64,000 bases of DNA from Vicugna vicugna (Eukaryota). Positions 40,021 through 51,780 of the stretch are shown here, piece by piece. The stretch lies in NCBI GenBank assembly GCA_013265495.1, contig MU057744.1, positions 2,059,370 through 2,123,369 of the forward strand, in the 5' to 3' direction. Position 1 is the first letter of the stretch, and every line of letters starts with the position of its first letter. The position numbers were made by a program, and so were the translations under genes. The notes below the pieces were generated by a model. That model was not told the DNA's origin. It searched no databases and was given only the letters and a program-made list of their open reading frames with translations.

Positions 40021-41367
40021 AAATGAATGAATATATTTAATAATTGAATATGTTAGAAGATATTAACTGAAACAGAGGTTTTTTCTAGTTCATTGTGGAG
40101 TTTGGTTATTATAATAATGAAGAAAAGTGCACCGGTCCTTACATGCATCAATCTATTCTGTTGTAACAGAAGCCAGAGTTCAGTGTATGTGTATTTCCAT
40201 CTCTCCTAAGAAATAACTTTTTTCTCTCTCTACAAAGCATTCAAGCTCAAGCAGATCCCAAACTTAAGAACTACAAGCCAGACCACAAAGAAAACTAAGA
40301 ATTCTCAAGCTCTCCATATACTTCTCCTCAATAGAACAGTTACTGGATACAGGTAAACAATATGCTACTTTTGCAACAGAACTAATGACTTCATAGTGAG
40401 GAGGCCTTAATTATTACAAATGTATAAAATGAGACGACTTTGGAGTTAGAATACCTCTTGGCCCTCTTGTAGTCTAAGCTCCTCATTTCAGCAGACGGGG
40501 CAATATCGCTGAGCTAGAAAGACTCAGTTCGTGCGTTCAGCCAGGGTAACGAGTGGCAGGCAGCACAGCAGGAGTACAGGGCAGAGCAGCAGTCTGTGCT
40601 GCAGAAATGGACGCTTTGGTGGCTTTCTTTGGGAGGAGAAAGAGGCTTCAGGAAGATAACAGATGTCTAATGCTTCCAGGAGTGACGGTGGGTGGTGATG
40701 GGGAGGCGGTGGTTTAGAACCAGAGGGAAAACACAGGACAAGCTACAGGGACAGGAAAACAGACAGAGAGATGGATGCAGTGAAAGAACAGAAGAGCCTT
40801 CTTGCTGGGTGTCTGCGGGTGACTGGAAAAGGTTTCTCCTCTTGTTAGGGGGTTCCCTGTTTGTCCAACAATGTGAAGAAAAGAAGGGATTTAAGTTGAG
40901 TTTAAATTAAAATTAAGTGAAAATTCAATTCCCTTTTAAGGTTAGAATTTCTCCACTTTCAACAAAAGTCAGAGTTGTGTGGGTTTTTTTTTTTTTTTTG
41001 AGGAACTAAATCTAGCTCTCTTTCAAAATCTCAGGCTTACATACAATGACATCAGGCTTTTCTTGAAGGCATTTCCTGCCTGGTGTGTGTGTACTCGGGG
41101 TATCAAAAGTTTTGACTGAAATTGTAAGTTGTGACCCATCTGATAAATGGACAGGGGGTTTTGTGCTCCAGAGGTAGCTTGGAATGTCCAGCTGGGGGCA
41201 AAAGTGCTGAGATCCAGCAACCCCACTGCTCACCCATACCCATAAAGAAACACGTGCCACTTGCTGAATTGTGTGTGGTGGCAGAGAGGAGAGGCTAGAT
41301 CCCAGGAAATGGTGCTGGGTGAGAAAAAAAATAAGAGAATCAGAAGGAGCTGAATAGAAGTGACTAG

Positions 41368-41613
41368 CAAACATAGTAAACAATCATGGTTACTAAGGGG
41401 GAAGGGGGTGGGAAGGGATAAATTTGGGAGTAAACAGATAAAAAACAAATTCCTTCTGTATAGCACAGAGAACATATTTAATATCTTGTAGTAATCCCGA
41501 ATGGAAGATAATCTGAAAACGAATATATGTATGTGTATGCATGACTGGGGCACGACGCTGTACAGCAGAAATTGACACATTGTAACTGGCTGTACTTCAA
41601 TTAAAAAAAAAAA
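41368..41613 (+). mobile_element. Short L1 3' end with internal deletion
   Basis: CATGGTTACTAAGGGGGAAGGGGGTGGGAAGGGATAAATTTGGGAG...CTTCAATT plus poly(A). Confidence 0.88.
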
Positions 41614-42374
41614 GCGAGCAATGAACCCCGAGAGTTGAGAATTAATTAAAGCTGAGACTTCCCTCATTTTCTTCCTTAAAAAAAGAGAGACCTACAGTCA
41701 AATCTGCATAAATCAAAAACATACACAATCTCTACATCTTTTACAAATTCAGTGGTACCTATTAAACGTATTGAGCATTTACTTCTGTCTGGAGGGTTTC
41801 AGAGACATGAATAAATGAAAACTTAATGAACAAATAAAAACATATTTCTAAAGCCGGAAGTCCATCTTGCATGAGTGAATGATGATTATCTGCAGTGAAC
41901 TGAGGAATACGATTTATTCCCACTTCTGTATCTGACGCCAAAAGAAAGAACAGAAGGGAGAAAGAGAACAAGGAAAGAGGCACAATGGGAAACAAAAGGA
42001 AGGAAGAACGGTTTGTGGCAACACATTGGTGGCTTCTCTGCAGAACAAGATGAGCTGAGACTCCAAACATGCCCTGTGGAATTCTGCAGTTTACTGAACA
42101 GTTAATAAGGCCATAAATATTCGCTGCCTCTGCTCCCTTGCTCCGTCTGCCGTCTGCTTCAAGCGAAATAAACCGCAAATAATCCTCTTTCAGGCATTAC
42201 TGAGAGGGAGAGGGAAGGCTATCAGGGAGACAGCCGAGTCTAAGGTCGAGCCTTTCCTTTAGGAGAAGTGGGTTTGTCGCTCACTGACACACTCACGTTC
42301 TAGGCATGTGGCTGCGTTTTCCAATTCACGCAACCTGTTTAACACTCATCACCTATCACATTTAAAGAGCATCT

Positions 42375-42546
42375 TAAAGAACAAGTTCATGCTGTTTAGC
42401 ACAGGGAACATACTGATATCTTATAGTAGCTTACAGTGGAAAAGAATATGAAAACGAATATATGCATGATCATATATGACTGAAGCATTGTGCTGTACAC
42501 CAGAAATTGACACAACATTGTAAACTGACTAGACTTCAATAAAAAA
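42375..42546 (+). mobile_element. Short L1 3' tail
   Basis: L1 3'UTR plus poly(A). TSD AAAGAGC(A/T)TCT at 42364-42374 and 42547-42557. Confidence 0.88.
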
Positions 42547-43469
42547 AAAGAGCTTCTGAACCCTACTAGGTGACATGCCTCTGTTCAGCTCAAGATGAAA
42601 ATAATGGAAAAACAGACCTCAGCTCATTTAGAGAATGTAAGACACAAAACTACATACTGGTACCCTCCAACCATACAAAACAGAAAAACAGCTGAAGAAA
42701 TTATTTGGAAAATTCAACTAGAAAATGGGACAGAGGGTGTCGTGCCCTGTCCTTGTCTCCCTTCGGGGCAAAGATGCTGGCTTCCTTGTGGCCAGGGGAT
42801 TATTGACATCACAATGGGCACTTTATTCCAGCTTTACTGACAGTATTCAGGGACAAAATACCCAGTACCCAAATGGCTAACACCCAGGTAGCAACAGTCT
42901 CCCAGCCGAGTCCGCCCTGGGCCTTGCTTGCCTGGAGGGGCCCCTCCCTGGGTCAGCCAGCATCCCGCTGCCTGGTGCAGGTAGGCCAGGTCCCCAGCCT
43001 CAGGGATGATCAACTCTGGGAGGCCTTCCCAGTTCCGGGTGGGCTCGCCCTGGGCCCTGAGGAGGCCTTCGGTGAGCCCTGCCTCTCAGTCCAGTGTTCC
43101 CCTCTGCCCAACATCCCCCTCCTGGGTGGATGTCCTGAATACCAGCCGCGTTACAACTCCAACCCCTGACTCTTCATCAACCGTTTCCCTGGGGGAACCT
43201 GAACTGAGACAATAAGAAGAGGGGTTCCCAGTGAAGGCAAACATACACTTGAGATGACATGACGTCCTTTAACTGCTACGCCGACTTCAGTCTGTCAAAT
43301 GATAACAACCACAATCACAAACATACTGCTAAGAACAGAACGCCTGCTTTGTGCCAGACACCATGTTAAAGGGTACTACAGAGACTCACAGGATGTGGTC
43401 CTCGGCCTGGAGGATCTTGGAATGAGTGAAATTTCTTGACAATTATTTAACCTGAAATACTCTTTTATC

Positions 43470-43640
43470 CTTCTTTCTTATGGGTGAGTTGTATTCCATT
43501 ACATATAAGTATATATATGCTGCATCTTCATTATCTATTCAACTACTGATGTGCACTTAGGATGCTTCCTTATCTTGGCAATTATAAATAATGTTGCTGC
43601 TAATAGCAAGGTGTATGTATGTTTTTGAATTAATTCTTAT
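43470..43640 (-). mobile_element. L1 fragment (ORF2 end), antisense
   Basis: GTATTCCATT...CATCTTCATTATCTATTC...CACTTAGGATGCTTCCTTATCTTGGCAATT. Confidence 0.75.
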
Positions 43641-43749
43641 TTTGTGGTTGGCTTTATTCCTTTGATAACTATGTAAGTTTAAAAAGCTAAAGCTCTAAAT
43701 GTTCTTAGAAACAATGAGCAGTACATATATATAAATTAAAAAAATATAC

Positions 43750-44277
43750 GTGCAGTGAAAAAAAATAGCAATCAAGCCATGAAAGACATGGAAGAAACTT
43801 AAAAGACGTATTACTAAATGAAAAAGGCGAGTCTGAAAAGGCTGCAAACTACGATTCCAACCAAATGACATTCTGGAAAAGGCACAGCTACAGAAACAAT
43901 AAAAAGATCGTGGTTTCCAGGGATTTGGGGAGAGGGAGGGAGGGAGGGATGAATAGATGGAGCACAAGGGATTTTTAGGGTGGTTAGATTATTCCGTATT
44001 ATATTATAGGGTGGCTACATGTCAATATGCATTTGTCAAAGACCATAGAATGTACAACATCAAGAGTGAGCCCTCATGTAAACTATGGACTTTGGTTGAT
44101 AATAATGTGCCCATATGGGTTCGTCACTTGTACCAAATACACCACACCGATGAGGGATGTTGAGGGTAGGGGAGTATGTGTGTGTGGGTGGGGTGGGCTA
44201 TGTGCAAACTCTGTATTTTCTGCTCAACTCTGCTGTAAACCTGAAACTGCTCTAGAAAAATAAAGTCTATTAAAAAA
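43750..44277 (+). mobile_element. L1MC-like 3'UTR
   Basis: ATCAAGCCATGAAAGACATGGAAGAAACTTAAA...GTAAACTATGGACTTTGGTTGATAAT...TGTAAACCTGAAACTGCTCTAGAAAAATAAAGTCTATT. Confidence 0.85.
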
Positions 44278-44929
44278 TACCCTTTTATCTATGTGTGTAT
44301 CACTTTTGACATGATTGTCCTTTAGTCGCTGGAATGTTGAGGCAGTCAATCCCTGGAATATACTAGTAGGGTTACGGCCATCTTTTAAAGACTGGAATAA
44401 GTGGATACAATAATGTAAAAATGTGTATTTATATCAACTGAAGTAGATAATCTAGCACTTGTTTATTCTTGCCAGCCATGAAGTACTTCCAAATTACTTT
44501 TTATTCATTAAATCCCTGCCCGTTTAGGTTGCTAGGACACCGGCAAAGTCGGCCAGGGAGCGAACTATGTGTCTGGGATGAATAATTCAGGAGTGATCAA
44601 GGCTGGAATATTTGTATCGGGTTCTCATCTTAAAATTTTGCAGTCTGAATGTACTGTTTTCCAGAAAAAGAGTTCCACTTACTTTCTTAAGACTTCTCAG
44701 GAGGATTTGTTAATGAAAAGTACGTCTCTAGGAGATAGAGTCAGAAGACCTTAAGGAATTTATAATCCGGTTGAAGAAAAAAAAAGATATTACCTAGAAA
44801 ATCTGGAATACAGTTAGAAAACATTACAGGATAATTGATACTACAGTTTTTTGTTGAAACACTCACTTTTTTCAAAGATACATAATGCCAAAAAAACAGA
44901 ACGAAGTCAGGTCGTCAACAGAATTGATA

Positions 44930-45439
44930 TATTGACTGAAATAAAATGCACAGCTTAAAAGTCAAGTTATGTTGTATTGGGTGGACTTCCTTAGGACTGG
45001 AGCCGGGGGCAGAGCATCTCGGTTCACTCTAAGGGCTGTTTCAAAGTGGCAAGGTAGAAGCCAGGATATATACAACAAAGACCAGGTAGTCGGAACATCC
45101 AAAAATTACTGTTAATTAAAAAATATTTCAAGATAATATTTCAGATATTTCAAGTTAAGGAATTTAGTGCTTTTCTATGAGTGGGAAGGTGCAAGGTCTG
45201 GGCTCACTGAAAGCATTCCTTCAATGTGCACCTAGCTCTCTAGGACCAGTGTTCTGTTCTTTCCCATCCTGAGTCCCCTCAGGGGGCACCGCTGGGAGGT
45301 GGGGCGCTGCAGAGGCCGGACCACCTGCTTGTGTCCATCCTGCGTTTCCCCGCTGGCTGTCGGGGTGGTGGCAGCAGCTAATGGCTTGATGGCTGCAGCA
45401 GCCTTTGTTACTCGTGTGGCTGCAGTATTTTTCATCACA
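44930..45439 (-). mobile_element. MER41-like ERV1 solo LTR (artiodactyl type)
   Basis: TTGACTGAAATAAAATGCACAG...CCAGGTAGTCGGAACATC...TCAAGTTAAGGAATTTAG...CCATCCTGAGTCCCCTCAGGG...TCACA resembles the recalled antisense MER41_BT-type consensus. Confidence 0.7.
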
Positions 45440-47124
45440 TATCTATTGATCTCTCTCTCTTTCCGTCTATCATCTGTCTATATGAAATTAAGCCCCAGTG
45501 AAATTAAGCAATGCTCATTTCCAAAAGAACTAGCCTTGGGAGTCAGATCAGGACCCCCAGGACCCCGGGTCTGAGGCTCAGAGCCACCATGAACCTGTCC
45601 TTGGGCGCACTTTCACCATCAGCCCCACGTCCAAGCCTCTCTTTGGTCCCACTGCTTCACAGCGGGAGCAGAAGGATAGGCTGTGACAGACGCGACCGGG
45701 TGATGCTCTCGGCTCAGCTCCAGGTGACCTGCAGGAGCTTGTTTATTAGCAGGGCCCACGCCGGAGGCTGGGAGTTGAGGAGCAGCAGTGCAAACTTGGG
45801 AATCAAAATGGCAGAAGGGCTCACTGGAAAGAATTCTGTTCAGAATCCCTCTGGGGTCTCGCCCGGCCAGGCTACTTCCCTCTGGGTCTGTTTCCTCACC
45901 AGGACACAAGGGGCTTGGGAATGACCTGCACAAACCCTTCTGACTTCAACATTCTCTCCTCCTATGGTGCTTCTGCCGGGAGTGCAACACGAGACGTGTG
46001 TTCTTGTCATGGTGAAAAGGAAACTCCCAACGCTTAAGCCTCAGAATGGCACTTCCTGAGTACTGCTTTCCACGTGAGGTGCTGTATTCCTGGGGGACTC
46101 CATGCACAGCATGTGACTTGTTCCCTTTTTTTCCTGCAAGTTCACCTTGCTGAAATCGAAGGCTGCAGTAGCTTCAGCTGCCTGTCTTGTGAAAGCAATA
46201 AAAGCAACTGGGATGATGGCAGAATTTAAAAATGCTGACTATACTCAGCATTTGGGTCCACACCTCTTCTGAACCTTAATATCTTATATCAGGTACTAGA
46301 GGTCAGGATGACAGAACAGGATGTTTTCAGGAAGGTGATCAGGGAAAACTGCAGTGCATTTACACAATATGGCTTTTAGTGTCTTGGCAGGATTGTGATT
46401 ATAATGTATCATTTCCAGTCAGCCCTGAGCCCAGATATCGCCATCACCCAAGCAGGTTAAATCTGTGGGCTATTGAGTGTGACATACATTACACTAAAAG
46501 CTTCGAGGAATGTTAATTTCTTCAGTGTAATTTCTAAGAGACAGCTCGGACGTTGACTTGACAGGAAAGATGGCAAAATTCAGTCAAGCAGGAAACAAGG
46601 ATGTATGTTTTAAAATGCAGAGGAAAGACAGATCAATTATCTCTTCGTAATTCCTCACGGTTCTGCACTGAGTGCCACTCAGGATTCTGGCGTTAGTTCC
46701 GATGGTATGGAGGGGGCACAATCTATCCTTGTAATTGATGCCTTTGCTGCATTTCTGTTCCCATCTAGATTTTGTGTGTAGACCTGCTCAATAGGGCAGA
46801 CCGTTAAGGCCAACATGACATTGTAATTAATTGTTGTGTATTGGTGGAAACCTGAACAGAGAATGCATGTATTTGGAGCTTTCAAAAGGTGTGATTTCCG
46901 TCTAAAGATGGGACAGGACAATGGTCTGATCAGAATGGTTTTTGGTCCCTGGTGCAAAACAGCACTTTGAAGAAGAGCAGGAAAGGGATCCTTGCTGGAC
47001 TTGTCCTGGAAGGATTTGGGGCAAAGCCAATTATTTCCTTCAATAAGCACAGTGTTGGTAAGAGGTCTTTTTGGTAAGGGGTTAATTTTGCTAAATGTGA
47101 GTTCTTTCTTTTCCTGGGAGACAG

Positions 47125-47240
47125 ACGGATAGTAGTGATGGTTGCACAACAATGTGAATGTACTTAATGCCACGGACACATACACTTAAAAATGTTAAAA
47201 TGTAAAAGTTTACATTATGTATACTTTACCAGAACAAAAG
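47125..47240 (+). mobile_element. L1MB-like 3' tail
   Basis: GTGATGGTTGCACAACAATGTGAATGTACTTAATGCCAC...TACACTTAAAAATG. Confidence 0.8.
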
Positions 47241-49762
47241 TATTTTTCTCTTTCTGCTATACCTTTTCCCAAGCAGCAAAATAATGCAACTATGTATGAA
47301 ATCTGAGTTAAGTTAAATGGATTTGAAGCACAAGAGATAAACATTTTTATTTATTCATCTTATGTATTTAAGCTTACAATTACAAAAACACAATTTTATG
47401 CATCTCACTTTTTTAAAATTGGGGATTAATGTCTCTTTCAATGTTTGGTTTCATGTTATTAGAAAGATTAAAACTCCAACGAATTTTTTCTTTTTGCAGA
47501 GGAACCTAAAATGGCCCATTTTGTTTCTTGCAAAGGAAAACCATTGAGAAACACCTTCCTACTTCTCACTCCAGAAGAGCAAGTGCATGCTCTGGGGGTG
47601 GGAAAAATAGTGGAGGTTAAAACGCTGCTATGTCCATGAACTTCACGTATGAAATCAGGTGACTACTGTTCAAGTAATAGGTTAAACTGATGAGGATTCT
47701 GGAGAATTACAAGAAGACCAAGGTTGTATATGGATTGGAATATGTTGTTGCTATTTTAAAATTACCATAACATGTTAGTGCTTATAGGCATTGATTGGTG
47801 TAATGTTTTTTACTTGCTGAGAGAAAAGTACTAAAATTGAGTTGCTGATATTAAGATTGCATTTCTCTTATGTGTTGTGTTGGTGGGCATCTTTGAGTCC
47901 CTGGCAACCCAGAGAAGAAATGCTTCCAACAGCACCAGGAAGAGAGAACAGATTTTCTCCTATCCCCTATAGTCAACTGTCCTCACTCAGAGTCAAATTG
48001 CTTTCCCAATGAGATTCCTGGTCTTTTATTTTTGAGGTTGGAGCAGAAATCTGCTTTGTCCAGTCAGTGCACTCTCTTCATCTGGAAACCTGTCTTCTCT
48101 GAGAAACATCCTCTCTCTCCAGTTTATTGAAGGTCGCCATGTCCTTCCAAGCCTTAATTCCCTCAGCACAGTGAATTGGCCCAGAGTGGATTTTACCTAC
48201 AGCTCATTGGTTCATGGTAGGCAAGGGAACCTGGCATCTTTCTGTGGGATTAGGAGAGAGAGTCAGTCTTCTCAGAAGGTGGGATCTCTGGGCATGGTGG
48301 AAGTGGAAAACTTGTTATGTTTGTGACCCTGTCTTTCTTCTTTGCAGAGGGAGAGAACAAAGCCCAGAAGCCAAGAAGAGCCAAGACAATAAATGAAGAT
48401 ACAAAAAGTGTCCTGGTGGCCTGTGAGCCCCAAGATCCAGCCACGTGAGTCATCATCTATCCACCTCCTCATTTAGTGGCTAAAGCATTCCTCTGATTAT
48501 AGGAGACAGCCCAATTTCCTTCCATTTCATTCCGTTTTTGCTTAAGCTGCATTTTAGCTGACTTGTTTCTGGTACTTGCAATTAGAAGTCTTGATTAATT
48601 TGGAGGTGAAGCCTCCTCAGATAGGTAAGTGAATTTTCCTCCCTTTGGTACCATGATTGGCCGTCCCTGGAAAGTCCTAACATTCCTAATTGATACGTCC
48701 TTTGGCCAGATATCCAAACTCATGGTGTGGTCCCTCATACTGGAGACAGTCCTTTCAGTCTTGTGGGAAGAATAGTGGAGGTAGGGGGGTGTGGGAGGTG
48801 AGGTTCCATTTCTGTTGGTTTGGTTTCTAAGAATGGTGAGAATTAAGTTTTGGAAAACCCATTCCTAAGGTAGGCAGCAAAGTCATTTAATATTTTCACA
48901 CAATCACTCAAGTTTTGTTATATACTAGCAACTGGGGGGGGTGTCAAGATTTATACATCAAGGTAAAGAGATTTTTGATAGCCCCCAAATGTTGAAAATG
49001 TTTTTGAACAGCTGATAGGTAACTAATGCCTCTGTATTTCTCAACCCCTGTAGCTTTAAGATGAATGCTCTTACAATGAATGGTGTTTTTCACCCCAGAA
49101 AGAAACGACCTCTTTTCCCTTGAAAAAAAAAATATTTTGAGGATATTTTTCAGTCTGTACATAGGAAGTGAGATGCTGTAATGTCTGTTGTATGCCTTCA
49201 AAGTCTGGCCATAAAGGACTGAACAATACAGGACCCGTAAGAGAAGAATCTACAGATGGTGAATCTCTGGGCTCTGATTCTCAGAAAGCCCCACCTTAGA
49301 GCTCTTTTTCTGTGAACTTTTTGCTTTCTCTCAAAACCATTTAGAGCTTTTGAGAATGGCATTTCTTAGCTCTTTGATATCCCAATGAAATACTTAACTG
49401 GAACAGATTGGGAAACAGGTCAAAACCACAATAAAGGAGAAACCCAACTTTTACTGACAGTACATGGGGATGAGGACTTCTCAATGTGCACACTGGTGAT
49501 GCAATTATCTTTCCTTGACATCTGCTCTGCTGGGTGACATGACCCTTAGGGTCAGACTGGGGCCAGCCCTGTCACCATGCAGGGTGCTGAGACGAGGCCC
49601 AAGGACATCTGGGGTAGGACATGTACCAGCAGGATGCTTTCTGTTGGAGAGTGACTGATAAACTGGATCGGATCTTCTTTCCTTGGGACTCGAGAAAATG
49701 CAGTTAAGAAGAGCGCGGAGAAGCAGGCCTGCCAGGAGGGGATGCCGAGGCCGGTGACGTGG

Positions 49763-50197
49763 TGTAACAGAGGAGAACAAATCTGACTCCATACTGCATC
49801 TGTTCCTTTGTCTTTAACCACTGTGCCCTGTTTTCTAGGCTTAGTCTTGCTCGCTCTACACTCACATAAAGATAACAAGTTGCAGCATAGAGAATAACAT
49901 TTGTTTGGTTGGAGGTTTTGCAGGAGCACCATGGCCTGGCCCGTGGACAGCTCCAAGAACAAAGAATTCCTGCACCAAGAAGTTTGCAACAACCAACCAC
50001 ACTCCCTCCCCTCTTTTTTGTTTTGTTTTGTTTTGTTTGTATAAAAGGAGCCTGTATTCTGACTTGAGCAGGATGGTTCTCCAAGACATTAGTCGACTGG
50101 CTTTCCGAACAAAGTCGCTATTCCCTGCCCTAACGCCTCCTCTCCTGGTTTACTGGCCTGGCCTGCGGCGGGCAGAGCGAGTCTGGACTCGGTGACA
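49763..50197 (+). mobile_element. Solo ERV1-type LTR (family B, copy 1) abutting the CpG island
   Basis: TGTAACAG...GGACTCGGTGACA with a perfect 4-bp TSD GTGG (49759-49762, 50198-50201). TATAAAA at 50040. Homologous to 59322-59836. Confidence 0.9.
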
Positions 50198-51780
50198 GTG
50201 GGGTGGCGGGGGCTCCCCTGTTGCTCCCTCCTGAACGTTCTCCTGCTCTGCGCGCACGACCCCAGGCGGCCGACCGCGGACGGGGAGTAGCCCTCCCGCC
50301 CCGCCGCGGCCCCGGCGTGGGAAGCCCGCGCCCCTCTGTGGTGTCCGGTGTCCTGGGCAAACGTGTCCCTTAGACCCTGGGAGGGACTGGCCGACAAAAC
50401 AAACTAGCAGGCCTACAGCCGACCGGCTGGCGCACGCATTGAGGGGGATCGGCGAGGTCGCATGCGCTCATGGGAAGTGAGGCCGACGGGGAGGCGCGCG
50501 GCCTCCCCCTCCGCACCCCCGCTCCACCCCAAACCAGCCCCAGCCCCGCTCCTCCACCCACGCCGGATGCCTACCTGCAGAGCCCGGCCTGGCAGGTCCG
50601 CTCCCGCCCAGCCAGAGCCTCAGAGGCTGCCGCGGAGACGAGGGGCAGACGGCGCGGAGGGAAGGCGCGGCGGGAGAGGAGGCCGCAGGGCCCGGCCAGG
50701 AAGCCAGTCAGGCCGAGGGGCAGGCGCCCAGGAGCCGGGGACCTCCAAGGAGGCGGGAGGCCAGGGGGACGAGGAGGAGGCCTCCAGCCCCACCCGCGCC
50801 GCAGCCGGAGAGCCCGGTCCCTCGTCTGCCCTGGACGTGCGGCCGCCGCCTGCGCGGGAAAACGGGGCCGCGTAGGGCGGCGCGGGAGCCGTTCCCGCCA
50901 CGTGGCCGGAAGCCCCCTCAGGAGCCGGACCGGAAGTCGGGGAAGCGAGGCGGTGCGCGCCGAGGGGCAGGCGGCGGCGAGGGGAGGCGCGGGGAGCGGG
51001 CTGCTCCTCAGGAGCGTGGGGTCCTCGAGGGTGGCCGGCCCTCAGGCGCAGCGCAGGAAGGCATGAGGCGGAAGCTGAAGGGACCGTGACCCCGCTGACC
51101 CGCGGGAGCCCCCCGGCAGCCGCGGGAGCCCGGAGGCCGAGGGCGCGCGGAACGGGCGGGATTCTGTGTTGTCCCTGCCGCCGCCGACAGAGCTGCCCGA
51201 ACTCCGCCCGTGACGCGGGGCCTGGATCCTTCCGGGGTGTCCCCTTCCCGTGTTAGTCGGCCAGGCGCCCCGCTCGGTCCCCGCGCGGAGCTGGGGCAGG
51301 CAGAGCCCTTCAGGGAACCGCCCTGGGGCTCCTTCCCCTCGGCTCCCGGGGAGGCCCGGCCCCCGGGTGACAGAACCGGGACCGCGCCCCGGCGACTGCG
51401 GTCTCGGAGGAATCGGGGCTCTGCCGCCTGCGGGGGTGCGGCAGGCCGCCGGGAGGTCGCGAGAGGCCTGCCCTCGCAAGGGCCGCCGCAGCACGGCGGG
51501 GACCGGTCAGCACTGCTTTTTATTGTTCAACTTTACAGAAGACAAACAGCTCTGTGCAGTGAGTACAAAAACGCCGTTGTGGGACGACCATGCTTCCGAC
51601 CGCAGTTCCAGGCAGAGCGCGGCCCACGTGTTGTCAGACCCGGCGTGGCGGCGGCGCGGCGAGAAGGCCTGCAGGACGGGCTGGGGCCTGCCGGGGGCCT
51701 GGAGCCGTGGGTGACCCGCGCTCCATGCCAGGCCCTCGTCTAAACAAACAGGCTTAGTGCTGATAATGCCGTCGGAGGAG
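50150..51780. promoter_or_regulatory. CpG island promoter, probably bidirectional
   Basis: Very high GC and CpG density against CpG-depleted flanks. NRF1-like CGCATGCGC 50459-50467, E2F GCGCGGGAAA 50852-50861, E-box CACGTG 50899-50904, ETS CCGGAAG 50906-50912 and CCGGAAGT 50930-50937. Confidence 0.85.
50575..50880 (-). other. Candidate non-coding first exon of a leftward transcript (5' end approximate)
   Basis: Minus-strand donor CTGCAG|GTAGGC at 50575/50574, downstream of the ETS/E2F core in the minus direction. Confidence 0.4.

Noticed and set aside
50089..51743. Long overlapping ORFs (up to 198 aa) in the CpG island
   Set aside because: They are Arg/Gly/Pro/Ala-rich, open in several frames on both strands and have no recognisable domain, as expected from stop-codon scarcity in GC-rich DNA.
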